Assembly: GCA_010909165.1 (NCBI GenBank)
Contig: MU008169.1
Coordinates: 1-64,000, forward strand
Direction of reading: 5' to 3'
Source of the DNA: Anthoceros angustus
Taxonomy: Eukaryota > Plantae > Anthocerotophyta
DNA: 64,000 nt
Position numbers and translations under genes: made by a program. The notes under the pieces are model-generated. The model was not told the DNA's origin, ran no database searches, and saw only the letters and a list, made by a program, of their open reading frames with translations. This document shows, piece after piece, positions 12,483 to 24,800 of this stretch (positions are counted from its first letter, which is position 1; every line of letters begins with the position of its first letter).

Positions 12483-14857
12483 ATCATTGTGATGTCCGTA
12501 GTAAAACCACCCATTTTCTAGTAGTGCAAGTAACAATGTTGTTCCTCCTCTCCTCTTTGCCTGCTTGGTGCACGACAATCGTTTGACCCATTGCCCGAGA
12601 GAGAGATTATCGCTTGGAATGTACATATTGCAGGCTATACTTGTCAAGATGACGGTGAAGTAGGCTTTGACTTGGTTCAGACAATGAGAGAGGATAGTGT
12701 ACGGCCAGATGGCATCACATAAGTTCCTCAGTGTGCTCACAATTTGTAGTCATGCGGGTCTAGTGGAAAAGGGGCGGGTGTGCTTTGAGGCTATGAGTAG
12801 ACAATATGGAATTATCCCCATGAAAGACCGCTATAAATGTACATGGTGAATCACATATTTCAGTTTCAAATTATGCAAGAATCCACATCTTTTTCGTCTT
12901 CTCCTTGCTTTCTCTACGTGTTGCTTTCCGCTTGCACAACAAACTTTTCCCTTTCTCCCTGGAGCCTTTCTTCCCTTGCCCCTTCGCCTGCTTCTTTTCC
13001 CACTTTTGTTCTGACCTTCCCTTCTACCGGTTCTTGCGGATGCACATCCTTATACCTCCTCCTCACCCCTCCCAAACTTTTGCTAAGTTGAGTTAAGAAC
13101 CTATGGTTTTATAAAAAAATTGCAGTGCAAAATATGAAATTATTACTAATAGTAAGTCTCGATTAGAATATTACATATTAAGAAATAGTACAAATGCATT
13201 AAAAGAAATAAAACTATTATCAAATGACAAGTTTCAAATTAGAAATTATATATTAAGAAATACTAATTTGGGTTTCGTCACCTAGTATATAATAAGTTCA
13301 ATCTTGAGTTGTTACTCAAGAATGTAAATTCAATTAGGTTAGTCACATAAGGATAGAAGTCACCTTATAGGTGGTTTGTTTTGCTTAAAGTAGAGAGCAA
13401 ATAATAGAACGCATTGGCGAGATCAAGGACGTGAAGGCGTCGATTAAGTTTATAAGTCATTATATGCTCCGTTGGCGTGGTGTAACGCATTCCTAGCTCG
13501 CAGATCAGGTACGGCCTATTGTATGCGCGATGGAGGAGAAATCAATGAACCCTTTTTCGGTGAGTTAAGATTAAGAGATGTTTTCCGATTATGTTGTCCA
13601 TACACGATTTCCCATGTACAAAATCTTGTGGTGCAAGACTTATTTTACTATCCATTATTCAACATGTGTTTTGTGCAGACTGCATAAAGAAGATGATGCG
13701 AGACGAATGGCCAGTAGGGAAGATTGCATCTGCGACTCCCATCCTTATTTGTAAGTCCACCCTCTTTCTTTTCTAAATCTTAACTTTTCCTTAAGATAAG
13801 TTAAGCAAACTAAGGTTAAGTTAAGAATCATTTGAGCATATACCTTCAATAAATAGATAGACAATGAGCGGATAGATAGATAGGTAAACACTCTGCAAAT
13901 CTTAGACAAGAGAATTTTCAATTACTAACTTTTTTTGCTGAATTTGTGGAGGTTTTCTTACAAGACTGGTGTAGTAAAGGCCCGGATCACCTCGAGATAG
14001 GATCCAAGACTATCGTGCACCTCATTTGTAAGCAATTTTTATTCTCTTGTCTCTTTTGTGCTCATGATCAACAGTGCACCTTTGGGACTATGTTCCCAAC
14101 TCGACAATTGATGCTTTCGAGGTCTCATTGTGAATGCTTTGTGGGCTTTGTTGCGAAAGCAATGCATACAATCAATTAATGTGTTCGACTTCTTACGAGA
14201 TTTTATTTGGAAGTTCGGACATTGTGGTTGAGAAGAAGAGCACCTTTGGAAAAAAAGGTACATTTTACGTAATGTAACCTAGCAATTGCCTCGTGATGAT
14301 CCATGATTGGTAATTCTCGGAGTAATTATGTTTGCTTTCGACTTGTTGGACATGGTTGCGAAAGCGAGATGTTAATGATAGCGAGGAAAAGGAAAAGGAG
14401 TTTGTTCAACAGCCAAAATTAGATAGCGAGGAGGAGAAGGCATTAAAGCGACCAAAATCATGAGTCCCGAATCTCATAGACTAATAGTTTGTGCGGAATG
14501 CCAATGCGTTTTGATGACGCACCTTTTGATGGAAAAGGTTGCTGAGCACGTAGGGATTCGTGGGCCGACATCATAGAGATTTGTCGAGGGCTGCAAGTAT
14601 GCCATTGAGAACACTTCATTTCTGGTTGGGTTGGTTTGTCCTTACTCTTATCCTTTGATTGATTCAGGAATTGCAACTAGGACCTGGTGGAGGTCAAGAA
14701 AGAGGCAATGAAAAAGGCCGGCGGAGGAATAGTGCGAGAGAGAGACATGTCATGAATTCACAGTGACAATCTACCATTGCACCTATTGGCTAGCCCGGAA
14801 AAGGCAGTAGCAAACTACCTTTTAGGTGTAACCTAAGCTTGAGCTAGGATACCAATG
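12483..14857 (-). mobile_element. Unit H, copy 1 left part (non-autonomous LTR-like element)
   Basis: Collinear with 55259-57817; PBS-like TGGTATCCTAGC on the minus strand at 14843-14854. Confidence 0.7.
13940..14370 (-). pseudogene. Degenerate ORF downstream of the H PBS (gag-position ORF, unrecognised); second copy ~56700-57300
   Basis: ..NYSELPIMDHHEAIARLHYVKCTFFPK.. is present in both H copies; no RT or INT motifs seen anywhere in H. Confidence 0.4.
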
Positions 14858-15139
14858 TGATGAGAATCCTGGCTGCTCTAGGTAGCAAAACATAGAAGGC
14901 AGATAATAGAAAGCTTTGTACAAAAGAGTTGTATGCATTGATTATAATAGAAAGTACAAAGCCTTTATATAGGCTAGGTGGTTATAACCATAAGGTGGTT
15001 GTAACCATAAGTAGTTCTAACCTCTAGGTGGTTGTAACAACTAACTACTCATTAAACTACCTAAAGCCCTAAGAACTAAATTAATTAATAGCCTTAGGTG
15101 CCCTAGTGAAGAGTGCCCTAAATAGGTCATATTTCATCA
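14858..15139 (-). repeat. 3' LTR of copia A
   Basis: About 8 substitutions and no indels versus 48202-48483, counted by eye. Confidence 0.95.
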
Positions 15140-15556
15140 CTCCCACTCACTATGAACTAGGTGTGAAGAATCAGCTTCAAAATGAGACTAAAAGGCTAGT
15201 TAGCTCCCACTAACTTGAAAGCTATCCGCTAACTAAGAAAACAATTAAAACTGGCTTAAGTTACATTTAAGCAGAATTTAATGTAATCAAAATTAATTAC
15301 CAAAAACTTAATTAGGAAATGGTAAATTCCTAAACAAGGTAAAAGATAAAAGTAAAACTTAAACTAGGTTAATCTTAGTAAAACCATAGGTAAAAGTTAA
15401 ACAAAACTTAAAAGGTAAAAGTGAAACCCATTAAATGGGTAATGGCCCGCCATATGATGCCGTCAGTATGCCCATGGGGGTCATACGTTATGTACCCTCC
15501 CCCATACGGTTTTATTCCTCCTCCCTCGCCTCGCCTCCCCGCCGCGCTCCTCCCCC

Positions 15557-16869
15557 ATGAACAAAGAACTTGCCTATGGCGCACACCGGGCAGGGCGCGC
15601 TCCGAGGGAGCCGGGGGGTCGCGCCGCGCGCCGCCGCCCATGTGCTGGATCCGCGTGCGCGCCGATCGCAAGGATAGTGCCCGCCTGCATGGAAGAAGAG
15701 TGGGAGGAGTGCGGCCACAGGGAGGGACGCCTCAAGAGTGCCCTCCGGGCGCGTGATCCTCCACCGCCTCTAAATGGATTCCAACCTTTGTGGAGAGCCC
15801 ACCACGTTTTCCGGTGGGATGAAGTGGTCCGCTCGTGTTGAGGTTGAAGTCACCGGGAGAGGTGGAATTTGCCCGCAGTGAGATCGCCAATTGATGTGTG
15901 AGTCTGCCATGCGGAGTGTCTCACCCAAGCCGGAAATTAAAGATCTTGCCCCATGTCTTGTCTCAATTTGTCTCAATTTGTTGAAGTGCTGCGCCAATCC
16001 CAAGCCAACATGCTCCAAGCTGCATGTCACCATCGTGTGAGAGATCGTCGAGGAAGATTCAAAGCTCTTGTGGAGAAGAAATCGCGAGATTGTTCTCTCT
16101 CGATACAAGTGCCTCGGAAGAATCTTCATTGAAGGGCTTCCCCGCCTGTGATGGAGGCTGAAATCTCAAGTAAGATTCATGGTGTAGCAAGGCATTCCCC
16201 CTCGTGAAGGGAGGCGAGGTGAGGATGCCCCCTTTTGTAAGGGAGAGGCACCTAGTTGTAAGCCCGTTTGTGGGCATCTTCAAATGACCATTTTCCAGTT
16301 CAAAAATATTAATTGTGATGAATTTTCTGATACTATTTTCGCAGATTTATGTATGGAAAATTATGGGAAAAAGGAAAATGAAATGAAAATGAGAAAAATG
16401 AAAAGGTAGACATGCTTTTGTGACTCTAAAAGGTGTTCTAACTTATTTTCTCTTGCTAAAACTTGCCCATTTTTTTTTTTTAGATTTCGCCCCAAGAAGA
16501 CATAGAATAGGAAACATAGGATTGAAGCCCGGCATATATCCCAAGGGTGATGATGTGAAGCTCATCTATATAATCACTAATATGAAAGGGAATGGGCAGA
16601 CGACTCACCATGCTCCTATGTTTGCCGTGAAACTAAGATACATATGATACGGGTTATGTATCTTTGTGAAGAATTTCCGGCATATGATCCATGTCTATCG
16701 TGAGTATTCCTGAGGCTAAGAAAATATGGAAAAGTTTTAATTAGCAAAATATTATTTAATATTTTAATATTATTTTCCAGAGAGCTCCTCAACTATGTAT
16801 GAAGGAGAGGACGCAGGCTACGAGGCCTATGTTGAGATTGAGGATGATTGTTCAGAAGACTTAGAATAG
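15557..16869 (+). CDS. Antisense multi-exon accessory gene of copia A (last two exons 16484-16699 and 16781-16869 well supported; upstream exons uncertain)
   Basis: Intron GTGAGT(16700)..TTCCAG(16780) joins in frame ..FRHMIHVY-Q-SSSTMYEGEDAGYEAYVEIEDDCSEDLE*; one internal TGA; GC-rich open frames at 15557-16280 upstream. Confidence 0.6.
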
Positions 16870-16929
16870 AATATTGGACTAGTTTTTAAGGTTATCTCAA
16901 GTAGACCAATTTAGTTGCTAGGATGAACT

Positions 16930-19750
16930 CTAGGCTGGAGGCTTAGACAATGTGTCCAATATACCTAAACATTTCATGTGTTTCTTGTGCAGTTCAATGC
17001 CTAATGACTTTGTTAATAAATCAGCTGCATTATCTAAAGTTTGAACATAACTAATATCTATAGTTTTATCCTCTATTTTCTCTCTGATGTAATGATATTA
17101 GTTCTAGAGTGGAAGACAGGGTTCCTTAACAAGGCTATAGCTCCCTGACTATCACTCAACAACAAGGTGGGCTTTTCCTGCTTGTGATGAAGTTCACTCA
17201 AGGTTAGCCTAGTCCATACTATGTCTTTAGCAACTGAGGTTAGTACTCTATACTCTGACTCAGTGCTGGACAAGGCTATGGTTGGTTGTTTCTTACTTGA
17301 CCAGGATATTGGTGCTCCCCAATAGCAGTACGTAACCTGATACGGATCTGCGTGTGTCGGGGTCACCAGCATAGTCGGCGTCAGCGTAAGCTGTTAATGT
17401 CAACGTCTTTATGCCTGGTGTATATTTGAATGTCAATCAGTGTGCATAGTACCCTTGAGGTATCTGAATATGTGCTTAGTTGACATCCAATGTTCACGTC
17501 GAGTTCTCGAGGAATTGTGAATGGAGCTTGAAGATATATCCGGTCGGTGAAGTTGGATAAATATATAAGTGTGCCAACAAGATGTCGATATGGACTGACA
17601 TTTCCAACTTGTCTTGTCTTTGGACTCATATCCATGGTAAGCGACCGCTAGCAAAGGTGTAGGCGTTTCGCATCTTCAAGTCCAAACTTGGTTAAACTCT
17701 CTTTAATGTACTTGGTTTGAACAATACTGAGTCTTGTTTGCTCGATCTCTAATAATGTTGACACCAAGTGCATATGTCATTTCTCCTAAATCGACATTTC
17801 ATAAAAGTCTTGAGCCGACTTTTGATCTCGGCTAGGAGAGTAAGAGAGTTTGTGGCCATGAATACGTCGACGAGAGCAATAAGTAAAGATATCATTGCAC
17901 GATATTAGGATATACATGCATGCATCGGCATCACTTTGCGGAAGCCTCTTTGATGAGTTTCACATGTATGTCCATATTCCAATTTTTACCAGATTGCTTG
18001 AGACCATACAAGCCTTTAATTAGTCTGCATACCCAATCTTCCTTGCCTTTAACCTCATAACCTTGGCTGTTTCATGTAGATTTCTTCTTGAAGACGGCCA
18101 TAGAGATATGTTGTCTTCACATCCATCATATGGAGCTCAAGATCATGATGGTCATGCGAAGATTATTCTAAGGGAAGCAAACTTTGCTCGAGCGAATGTG
18201 GCCCATGGGAGGTAATCTAAACCCGTATCGGGTGAATCCTCGCCACAAGGCGTGCTTTGTATCTCTCAATGGAACCATCTCCTTTTCTCTTAATTTTGAA
18301 TACCCATTTGCTGGTGACTATCTTCCTACCCTTAGGTGGCTTAACCAATTCCCATGTAGAGTTGCTAATGAGAGAGTTATATTCAGAATCTAGAGCTACC
18401 TTCCATAAGTCTTTTTCAGGAGAAGAGAAAGCTTGTTTTAAGGTAAGAGGTTCTTCTGATCTATGGTTGCCTTGTATACAACTTGTGAGTAAAGTGATAC
18501 AGGGGGAATAGGATCATCAAAAACAGCTAGATATCCTAAAGGAGGTTCCTTCCATCCTGCGGGTCCGGGGATTGCAGGACGGGTTCTTAAGTTGTACCTT
18601 TGTGTAGGTTCTGGTGCATCTTCCACTGGAGCAGGAACATCAATAGGATCATGGTGCTCCATGTCATTCACTGGAGGGTCATCATGCTCTTCATCAAGAG
18701 TGTCAACTGGCTCCTCGACTTGAATGTTGTCGCCATCTGGTGGTGTTTCATGTGGAATAGATGCTAACTCCTCCTCCTCCGCAAGAGGTTCAACTACGGA
18801 ACACGAGAGGTGAAGGGAAATTGAGTGATATAATGATCATCAAATGAGGAGGTATCGAGGGCTCTTAAGAGACGCCTCGGCCGGATGTACCAGCTCCCAC
18901 TGCTGGGGAAAAGAGGTAAGACTCATGAAAAGTAACACTCGGCATATATAAGCTTCCGTGTGTGGGTTCAAATAGCTTGTAACCTTTGATGCCTTGTAGC
19001 CAATAAATAGATATTTGGCAGCTTTGGATCTAACTTCTTGCGTTGTACTTTAGGGATAAAGACATATGCAGGAGATCCAAAAATTTGAAGGTGATCTATG
19101 GAAGGCTTGTTGCCGGTGAATGCTTCATATGGGGTCATACCTTGAACTGATGAAGTCGGCAGGCGATTCATGAGATAGGTTGTCGTAAGGAGGGCCTCCC
19201 CAATAAGCTTTGGATAAGTTAGCTTGTGTTAACAGCAACTGATCTCTTGGAGGCGGAGATTCTTATTTTCTGCCATTTCTTTGAGGAGTGTATACTACAC
19301 TTAGTTGTTGAGCTACGCCTTCAGCTCGACAAAATTCAGCAAATCTATGAGATGTAAACTCTCCACCGTTGTCGGAACGTAAGGTCTTGAGTTTGTGATT
19401 TGTAAGCCTTTCTGCCCATGCCATGTAATCCTTGAAAAACTGATAAGTTTCACTCTTTTGGGTGAGGATGTAGGAGAGGTAGAAACGAGAATAGTCGTCG
19501 GTGAAAGTTAAGAAGTATCTACTCCCACTAAAGGAGGGTGTAGAGAGGGGTCCGCAAATGTCTGTGTGTACTATCTCTAAAGGTGACTTGGCCCTTTGTG
19601 GAGATGGATTTTTGAAAGGTTCCTGGTGACGTTTTGTGAGGACACAGGTTTCGCACCAATCTAAGTTGTGAATCTTGGAGAGACAGGGTGTTCTATAAAG
19701 GTTGTCTCTAGACATTTGGAGTAACTTCTGACTATTAGGATGACCTAATC
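16930..19750 (-). pseudogene. Copia A pol: integrase, RT, RNase H
   Basis: VHTDICGP, FTDDYSR, LRSDNGGEF; LIKGLYGLKQSG; [18 protein letters not shown]. Confidence 0.95.
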
Positions 19751-19755
19751 TACAA

Positions 19756-19905
19756 TGTTAAATATAAAAGGGTGCGGCTAGTTAGGGTTGGTCATGTGAA
19801 CCGTTTTTGAGTTGCATATATAGTGAGGCCATATGTATTTGTTCAACACACATTTTGTTTAATCATTTTTACAAAGTCTGTTTTTCGCTCCTCGCAAAAT
19901 AAACA
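19756..19905 (+). repeat. 5' LTR of copia B (150 bp)
   Basis: TGTT..AACA, directly followed by the Met-i PBS. Confidence 0.95.
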
Positions 19906-19943
19906 TGGTATCAGAGCTCAGCTCTGGATTCTATCTTCCCTGA

Positions 19944-21040
19944 ATGATGCCGAGTCGCGGAAGCCCGCGTAGGTGGTATAGAAGAGGCAGCCGCACTCGT
20001 CGTGGAGGAATCTCTCCTCCACAAGCACATGGCACCCCCCTAGAAACTATTCTAGACCTGTATGAACAGGATTACCCCTACATCTGGTTGAAGGACTTTG
20101 CTGACAGGCACTCAGGACTAGGACGAAGATCACGTCCATTGCAGCCCAACAGGAATCACATGGTTGACAATCTGTACAGAGAAAGATGCGCCAAGAGGGG
20201 TCAGAACCCTGATTTGTTTTATCGCCGATCAACAAACCCTCACGGCCCCTCCCGTCCAGAACTACCATGTGATTGTCCTGCACCCAGCGACAAGGGCGAT
20301 CAAGACGCCGTCGCCAGACTATTTGCAAGCGTCACTAGGGTCGAGAGATCCTTATCTCACAACAAATCGGGAAGAAATTAAGACCAGTCGATCACCTTGA
20401 TAACACATCGGGACGAGCAATCAGTGACGGCAAATCAATCAAATACCGGATCAATGAAGTGGTTGATCTCATGAAAAGATTGAGCTTGAAACATATGAGG
20501 AGGAGAGAAATCAACGGATCTCTCCCTCTGCGGTGATTGCATCTTGACCATTCCGTGAGGTCGGCGGGGCCGAAGCGCACAGACGTGAGAAACGTCACCA
20601 ATCTTGATGAAGCGTCGCCTGGCATCCTCCATGTCACTCGAGCAGTCATCAAGCTGTAGCGTCGACCCTCTTTCGCATCTCAGGACCTCAAGATCCAGAA
20701 CCTACCGGTCGCGCCTCTTCACACAATCTGGATACGCGACGGTTTAGTTAGAAGTCCTGCAAGGAAAGTCAATCAGCGCGGTAACAAATGTTACCACGCT
20801 GATTGACTTTCCTGATTGACTTTCCTTGCAGGTCACCATCTGCCCGGACTGTAAGTTGAGACGACCAAGCTGTTGTGTCAGTTGATCTATAGACGCTAGG
20901 TACATGCGTAATGTGACCTTCCTTAAGTTATGACTCGTGGAAGAGAAAACACTAATTACAACATTGTGATGAAAGGAGTGACACTAGCCTTAAAGTTGAA
21001 GGACATGGGCAATGTACCTTCATTCTCGACGACAACACAA
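19944..21040 (+). pseudogene. Copia B gag/protease (heavily frameshifted)
   Basis: Position between PBS and integrase; weak gag-like fragments (..DGKSIKYRINEVVDLMKRL..). Confidence 0.6.
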
Positions 21041-21042
21041 CT

Positions 21043-22377
21043 TTGAAGATCGCTGGAGTTCTATTTGTACCTGAAATGGCCAAGAATCTTTTGTCAATGA
21101 GCAAGATCATGCAGCTTCGAACGTATGAGATACGTGTCGCTGATGATGCCTACTGCTTTTACAGGAAGAATTCCTCTAGCGCATGTGCATTTAGAGGTAT
21201 CCTCGACCATGACTTGTACAGGACAGAACTGAGGTGTTCTCCTCATCCTGTAAGTCATTCTTCGTTTTCTGTCAATATGAAGTCAACCCAGTTAGCATCT
21301 CTGTGGCACGCACGGCTAGGACACGCTAACAGGCATAAACTTATTGACATGTCACGCATAGGTTGCCACAGAGAACCCCTACCTGCTTGTTTTAGGGATC
21401 TTCCCATCTGTGAGTCGTGCATCCTTGCCAAACAGAAAGAGCTACCATTCCCCAAAACTGCACATAGAGCAAAGACTGTCCTTGCACTTGTGCATGCTGA
21501 TATCTCTGGAAAGATCCATGAGCCATCTCTAGGTGGAGCACTGTACTATCTAACCCTCACAGACGACTTTAGTCGATACTCTTGGACCTTTCCCATGCAC
21601 CTGAAAAGCGACACTCTCATGCACTTTAAGCAGTGGCTCCCACTTGCACAAAGAAAATCTGGATGCCTACTTAAAGTCCTACATAGTGATAATGGGACAG
21701 AATTTGTCAACAATGCCTTTGATGATTACCTTCAAGAACAGGGCATTCAAAGACAACTTATTGTTCCGTACACTCAGCAACAGAACGGAGTTGCTGAACG
21801 TAAAAATCAGACGCTACTTGGAATGACCAGGAGTATGCTACTGCATGCCAACTTACCTCAAGAGTATTGGGCGGAGGTTGTGGTTACAGTCACGTATATA
21901 CTTAACAGGATACTTACCAGCTCTGTCACTGGACAGACTCCTTATGAGGTTTTCTGGCATCGAAAGCCTAGTTTGCTCCACCTCCGAGTATTTGGATCCA
22001 AGGCCTTCGCCTATATTCCTGCAGAAAAACGCAAGAAGTTAGAGGACCGAGCTCAACGTCTACTTTTTGTGGGGTACAGTGAACATGTGAAAGCGTACAA
22101 ACTCTATGACCCTGACACTCAATCATTAGTCCTTGCCCGCTGTGTCACCTTCGTAGAACCTTTGCACACACTGACTACCAACCCCACACCCTCTAACCCC
22201 TTAGAGGGAGTAGATGCAAATGAAAACTTTGATACTGTCACCTTCCCTACAGATGACGAAGAAGAACCCTCTAACCTTCCATCTGCAGATGTAGATGACT
22301 CTGTAGAGGCTCCCCCTGTTGTTGCCCCTCACCCTACAAAGAGACCCGGTGAACCAATGATGATCTCACGCCAATGA
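21043..22377 (+). CDS. Copia B GAG-pre-integrase and integrase (444-aa open frame)
   Basis: LWHARLGH, CESC, VHADISG, TDDFSR, LHSDNGTEF, QQNGVAER. Confidence 0.95.
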   Translation: MKIAGVLFVPEMAKNLLSMSKIMQLRTYEIRVADDAYCFYRKNSSSACAFRGILDHDLYRTELRCSPHPVSHSSFSVNMKSTQLASLWHARLGHANRHKLIDMSRIGCHREPLPACFRDLPICESCILAKQKELPFPKTAHRAKTVLALVHADISGKIHEPSLGGALYYLTLTDDFSRYSWTFPMHLKSDTLMHFKQWLPLAQRKSGCLLKVLHSDNGTEFVNNAFDDYLQEQGIQRQLIVPYTQQQNGVAERKNQTLLGMTRSMLLHANLPQEYWAEVVVTVTYILNRILTSSVTGQTPYEVFWHRKPSLLHLRVFGSKAFAYIPAEKRKKLEDRAQRLLFVGYSEHVKAYKLYDPDTQSLVLARCVTFVEPLHTLTTNPTPSNPLEGVDANENFDTVTFPTDDEEEPSNLPSADVDDSVEAPPVVAPHPTKRPGEPMMISRQ

Positions 22378-22489
22378 TAGTTCACCCGGGTCGATGAGGA
22401 GGATGTCACACCGGACCCTGCTCAGCATTCACCGCCTCGAACCACCCCTCTGACGTTCCACATGCCATAGGCCACCTCCGGACCAATGG

Positions 22490-23789
22490 TTAGAACCCTA
22501 TTATCAATCCGTCGATTTTGAGCGTCTTGGCTTTGGTGCTATCACAGAATATCCTCCTAACCGAGGAACCCCTATCATGGAAGTGGTTAGAACCCTATTA
22601 TCAATCCGTCGATTTTGAGCGTCTTGGCGATTTTGGTGCTATCTGAATAAACCCCGAGAAGCCCTCCGTGGCCATTGCTCCAAGTGGCGTGCGGTGGAGG
22701 ATGAATACCAATCTACTGCTCAAGAACAAGACCTGCAAATCGCTGACCTCCCACAGACGCCAGCCATCTCTTCCTTCCTCTATGGAGACTGGATGAAGAC
22801 ACATACATGGCACGGCTGAAGGATATGAAGATCTGAACATCCCACCAAAGTGCTTAAAGCGCTCAAGTGTATATATGGACTAAAACAAAGTGGCGAATAT
22901 GCATAAGCTAAGTACCAAGTTCGAGATGAAAGACATCGGAGAACTTAAATCTGTTGGGAGTTCAAATCTTAAAAAGTGCGAGAGGAAGGGCTGCGATAGT
23001 TCACCGACATAAATACATCGGTGATATTTTGCAAGTTCAAACTTGACTAAGCTAGACCCTCAACTACTCCTTTCGCTATGGGCGTGAAACTTACCAGTCT
23101 CGGTACAATCCGGGAAGAACTTAAGGACATGAAGGATGTCCCTGAGACATACAATGGCGATCTAATCTTCTTAGCGAACCTGGACAAGGCGGATATCCGA
23201 TTACTCTGTAAGCCAGTATCACAATTTACGGAGAATCCGGGAAGAACACATTGGGCTGTTGTCATGGATTTTCCGCTATCTCAAAGGAACCCACAATTAT
23301 GGACTCTTCTATCGGAGGAGGGCGGTAGAAACTCACCCTTAGGGGTTCACGATGCCGGTCGGACGGTGATTCAGAAAAGTCTCTCCACATCTTCCTGTTG
23401 TCTTCCATGAATTGGTCGTGTAAAAGCAATCTTCCATAGCCACATCTTCCACAGGCGAGTACAAATCATTGATGATGCTTCAAAGGAGGCTAAATGGGAA
23501 AGGACCTTCCTTCATGACCTCGACGGACCAGACACCTACCCCTATCATGTGTGATAACATGTCGACCTTAGCCCTTGTCGCTAATCCACGCTTTCACGCC
23601 CGCACTAAGCATATAGAAATTCAACATCACTACATTAGAGATGTAGTGGAGCGTGGAGTCGTGAAGGTGGGTTATGTGCACACAGATTCTAACGTCGCAG
23701 ACGTGCTAACGAAAGGATTGGCAAAGCATAAACACTACCCGCATCTTTCAGGGTTAGGCCTGGACGACTATACCAAGTATTTCGGATAA
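22490..23789 (+). pseudogene. Copia B RT (internally deleted) and RNase H
   Basis: IYGLKQSG runs almost directly into KFEMKDIGEL with no YVDD; RNase H CDNMSTLALVANPRFHARTKHIEIQHHYIR; stop at 23787-89. Confidence 0.9.
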
Positions 23790-24214
23790 CTTATGTGTGG
23801 TGGGGTGGGGTGGGAACCCGAAGGTTCCCTTGGGAATTGTGTTGGGTGCAAGCATGCTTTGGTGCCACACTTTTGTGCCATATGGCAAAGTACATTTGGC
23901 TATCTTGTGCTAGAGTATGAATGGTGTGAATATGAATTTTGAACCATTTACTTTTATTTATTTTATCATACTTCTTACCTTATAGTATATATATTTATTA
24001 TTATTATTAGTATGCTCTACTTTAACTTTCTACTTTTTACTTTAACCATAAAACTTAACTTTAGGTAAGTCTAAATCAGCTCACTTTACCCGTTGACAAT
24101 TATGCCCACGTTTCGGACATTGATGCGTCCCACCTCTCTCCCTTCCTCCGATCCTCGCTTCTCCCTTCCTCCTCCTCCTCCTCGCCCGTGTCCGCTTGAG
24201 CTGCTGCTTCTTGC

Positions 24215-24800
24215 CATGGCTCTAGGGAGCACTCATCGTTTAAGGAAGCTCGCAATTTGAGCGGGCCAAGGCTGCAAGATCGGGCTGCCCGATCGCCGAG
24301 AGATACTCCTACCTTGAGGCAAGGTATGGAATTGGCACGTTGGTGATGGGAAGCTCCGCGAGAAAGGCTTGGACGTTCGAAACGACAAGTTTTTGATGGG
24401 TTTGAAGGAGAGATTGGGAGGGCCGGACGTGTTGTCTGATGCCTTTGGCAAGGTATGAAACGAGAACATAGGCTTTGTATGGCAAGGCACAGACACACTC
24501 TCAGCTCAGGAGTGGAGGCACGTAGATGATCTATTATACCACATCTATGGGAAACGCCCAAGCAGGTGCAACTCACAGCGGGTGCCCAGGTCCATGGCCT
24601 TGGGACTTTTGGTAGAGAAAGCGTGCAAATGTGTGGGCAGCCTTCCTTTGAAGGCGGGGCGAAGAAGGAGGCGAAGGAGGCAAAGGAGGCGAAGGGAAGA
24701 ACACTGGGATGGATGAGAAAGAGGTGGAAGTTGAAGAAATGGCGTCGGAGGAGGACAAGGAGGCGATTGCGGCTCTCTCCATAGGGGCCAGCTCAGCCTG
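24215..24800 (+). pseudogene. Accessory ORF-a of C, unknown function (further copies ~25500-26060 and ~26500-27065)
   Basis: Reconstructed frame WNWHVGDGKLREK..LKERLGG..EWRHVDDLLYHIYGKRP..ALGLLVEKKACKCVSWAAF followed by an E/K-rich tail. Confidence 0.55.

Noticed and set aside
12765-12840. Plus-strand PPT-like GGAAAAGGGGCGGG-TG followed by TATAAAT as the start of an LTR
   Set aside because: No matching plus-strand PBS or LTR end was found, and it conflicts with the better minus-strand PBS; left unresolved as a possible promoter.
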